Of a DNA stretch of 64,000 bases, positions 62,263 through 64,000 are shown in pieces. Each line of letters starts with the position of its first letter. Position 1 is the first letter of the stretch. The stretch spans positions 372,001-436,000 of the forward strand of contig JASTWF010000343.1 in NCBI GenBank assembly GCA_030390025.1, given 5' to 3'. The notes beneath the pieces were generated by a model that had not been told where the DNA came from, ran no database searches, and saw nothing but the letters and a program-made list of their open reading frames with translations. Source of the DNA: Squalus acanthias (lineage: Eukaryota). A program made the position numbers and the translations under genes.

Positions 62263-64000
62263 TCACCATCAGCCGACTCAGTGAGTGTCAGCAGTGACAG
62301 CAGTCCAATCCTGCCCTCAATTGACATCCATACACTTCCCAGTTGATGTCACTGGATCTCCATCAAGAGCAGGGGAAGTGGCTGATTTTTACTCTTAGTT
62401 AGCCCAGTGGTACTGAGGATAATTATAGCCCCTGAACTGCTGCCTTGTCAGAGATCAACTAACAGCCCAGATCAAGGATTGAACTTGGTACCTTCCTAGT
62501 CAGTAGCTCAGAGTGTTTTAAAGTGTAAGGGGGAGGGGGAGAACAGAATATTTAGAAAGAAATATCACTCCACCTTTAAACAAAACCTTCATTACACTGC
62601 AAAATTCTGAAGACTTTCAATATTAAACAAGCAAGTCAAATGGATCGTCAAAAACAGTGAGACATTTTAGAAAGGCTCAAGTCAGAAACAGACAGGTTTA
62701 CAACCACTGCACAGTACAGAAGGGAGCGACTGTTCATGGGAGCTCTGTTAGTGAAGTCCGCCGACATTTCAAGATAAACGGGTCTGTCCCTTTAACTATA
62801 AATATGAGAAGTCGCACAACACCAGGTTATAGTCCAACAGATCTGGATCTGTTGGACTATAACCTGGTGTTGTGCGACTTCTCATTTTTGTCCACCCCAG
62901 TCCAACGCTGGCATCTCCACATCATAACTATAAATAGGCAGAGAAAGGGGAGTCCCTGTCCCTTTAAATATCTGGCCCATTCCCCCAGGCAGTGGGAGGA
63001 GGAACAGCGCGCGGTCTCTTCATATCCTGACCCAGCGGGCCCCGCCGGATGGGCTGCCGCAGGGTCCTAAAGGCCACAACGGTTAACCTCCACAAGGTTA
63101 AACAGAACTGAAAAGAGCTCACACAAAGTGTTTGTTATATGTGTGAGTGTGTAAACAAAACTCATCATTCTTAATGTTTGCGAGTGCATTCCACAGAGAT
63201 AAATTATCTTCACCAATGATTTTTCAGCATTTGATTTCCTTTATTCACAGTGTAACTTCAGAGCGTTGAATTCCTTTAACATTTATTGAGAACCCATTGT
63301 CTTGTGGGCTCTTGTTTAGAAAGTGATGTCACACTGACCATTCCTTTCCCAAGGTGATCCTGTCTGTCCGCAGTATTCAGTGGGAAAGGGGATTAAATCA
63401 CACCGAGGATAATGAGCAGCCACCCACCAGTCTCTGCACTTTATTGTCCAGTGATCACCTCACCATCACACAGAAGCTCCTGATATAAATCTCCAGTGGG
63501 TGATGATTGGTGCAGGGTCAGTGGTGGAGTTCCGCAGCGGGAGTGATCCTGGAGTAACCCCATGGATGTTCCGGGTCGTGTATTTTTAGTTATCCTGGTG
63601 TCTAACACGCACACATCAATAAAACAGGGAATTACTGGAAACACACTGCAGGTCCTTCTTTATCTGGAGATCAAATGTCTGTTGTATAATTGTACCAGCA
63701 GTTAACAGGCTCCTGTGAACTCCTCCCTCTGCTATTTTAATGCAGACTTCAACCAATTTATTTTAAACGGGTTTATTTTAAATGAGCTAACACCTGCCTT
63801 AAAATGGTAGACACAGGACTGTCTCTCACACACATATTAAATCTTCGTGGAATAATTCCCAGTCATTTTCAGACTGGAAACTTAACCCTGCCCTTTCACT
63901 TTCAGTCAGGAACAGGTCGCAGTTTGACACCAATCTCTGATTTGACAGCATGTTTCCAGCATTCACCATTGTTCTTCCTGACTCTAAACACAGTGGTAAA
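62263..64000. repeat. Segmental duplicate of 15961-17570 (3' flank Y), running off the window
   Basis: Collinear, high identity; implies another ZNF unit to the right. Confidence 0.92.
62805..62924. mobile_element. 120-bp Penelope-like insertion with inverted duplication and 12-bp TSD
   Basis: taactataaata at 62793-62804 and 62925-62936; single copy at the empty site 16505-16516. Confidence 0.85.

Overview
This is vertebrate, not prokaryotic, DNA. The repeat repertoire suggests a cartilaginous fish (shark/ray); that is inference, not a database result. The window is a fast-turnover cluster of C2H2 (TGERPF-linker) zinc-finger genes with no visible KRAB/SCAN/BTB domain. It has seven recognisable units: two intact ORFs (8 and 11 fingers), two open from ACG rather than ATG, and three disrupted. 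Two decayed remnants are also present. Each unit follows one plan: CpG promoter cassette, a minisatellite (63, 27 or 39/38 bp; a Tx1 fragment in one unit), one finger-coding exon, and a shared 3' module. These modules occur in mixed combinations, which points to recombination through the 84-bp finger arrays. The rest is CR1 LINEs (several nested, one near full length), L2/Crack-like and Tx1 fragments, a hairpin-rich MITE and short Penelope-like fragments. Several Penelope fragments carry minimal hammerhead-ribozyme cores, and one forms a perfect 40-bp palindrome with a 12-bp TSD and an empty paralogous site. No rRNA, tRNA or CRISPR features were found. Repeat-family names come from motif recognition, and TE boundaries are approximate unless a junction is quoted.
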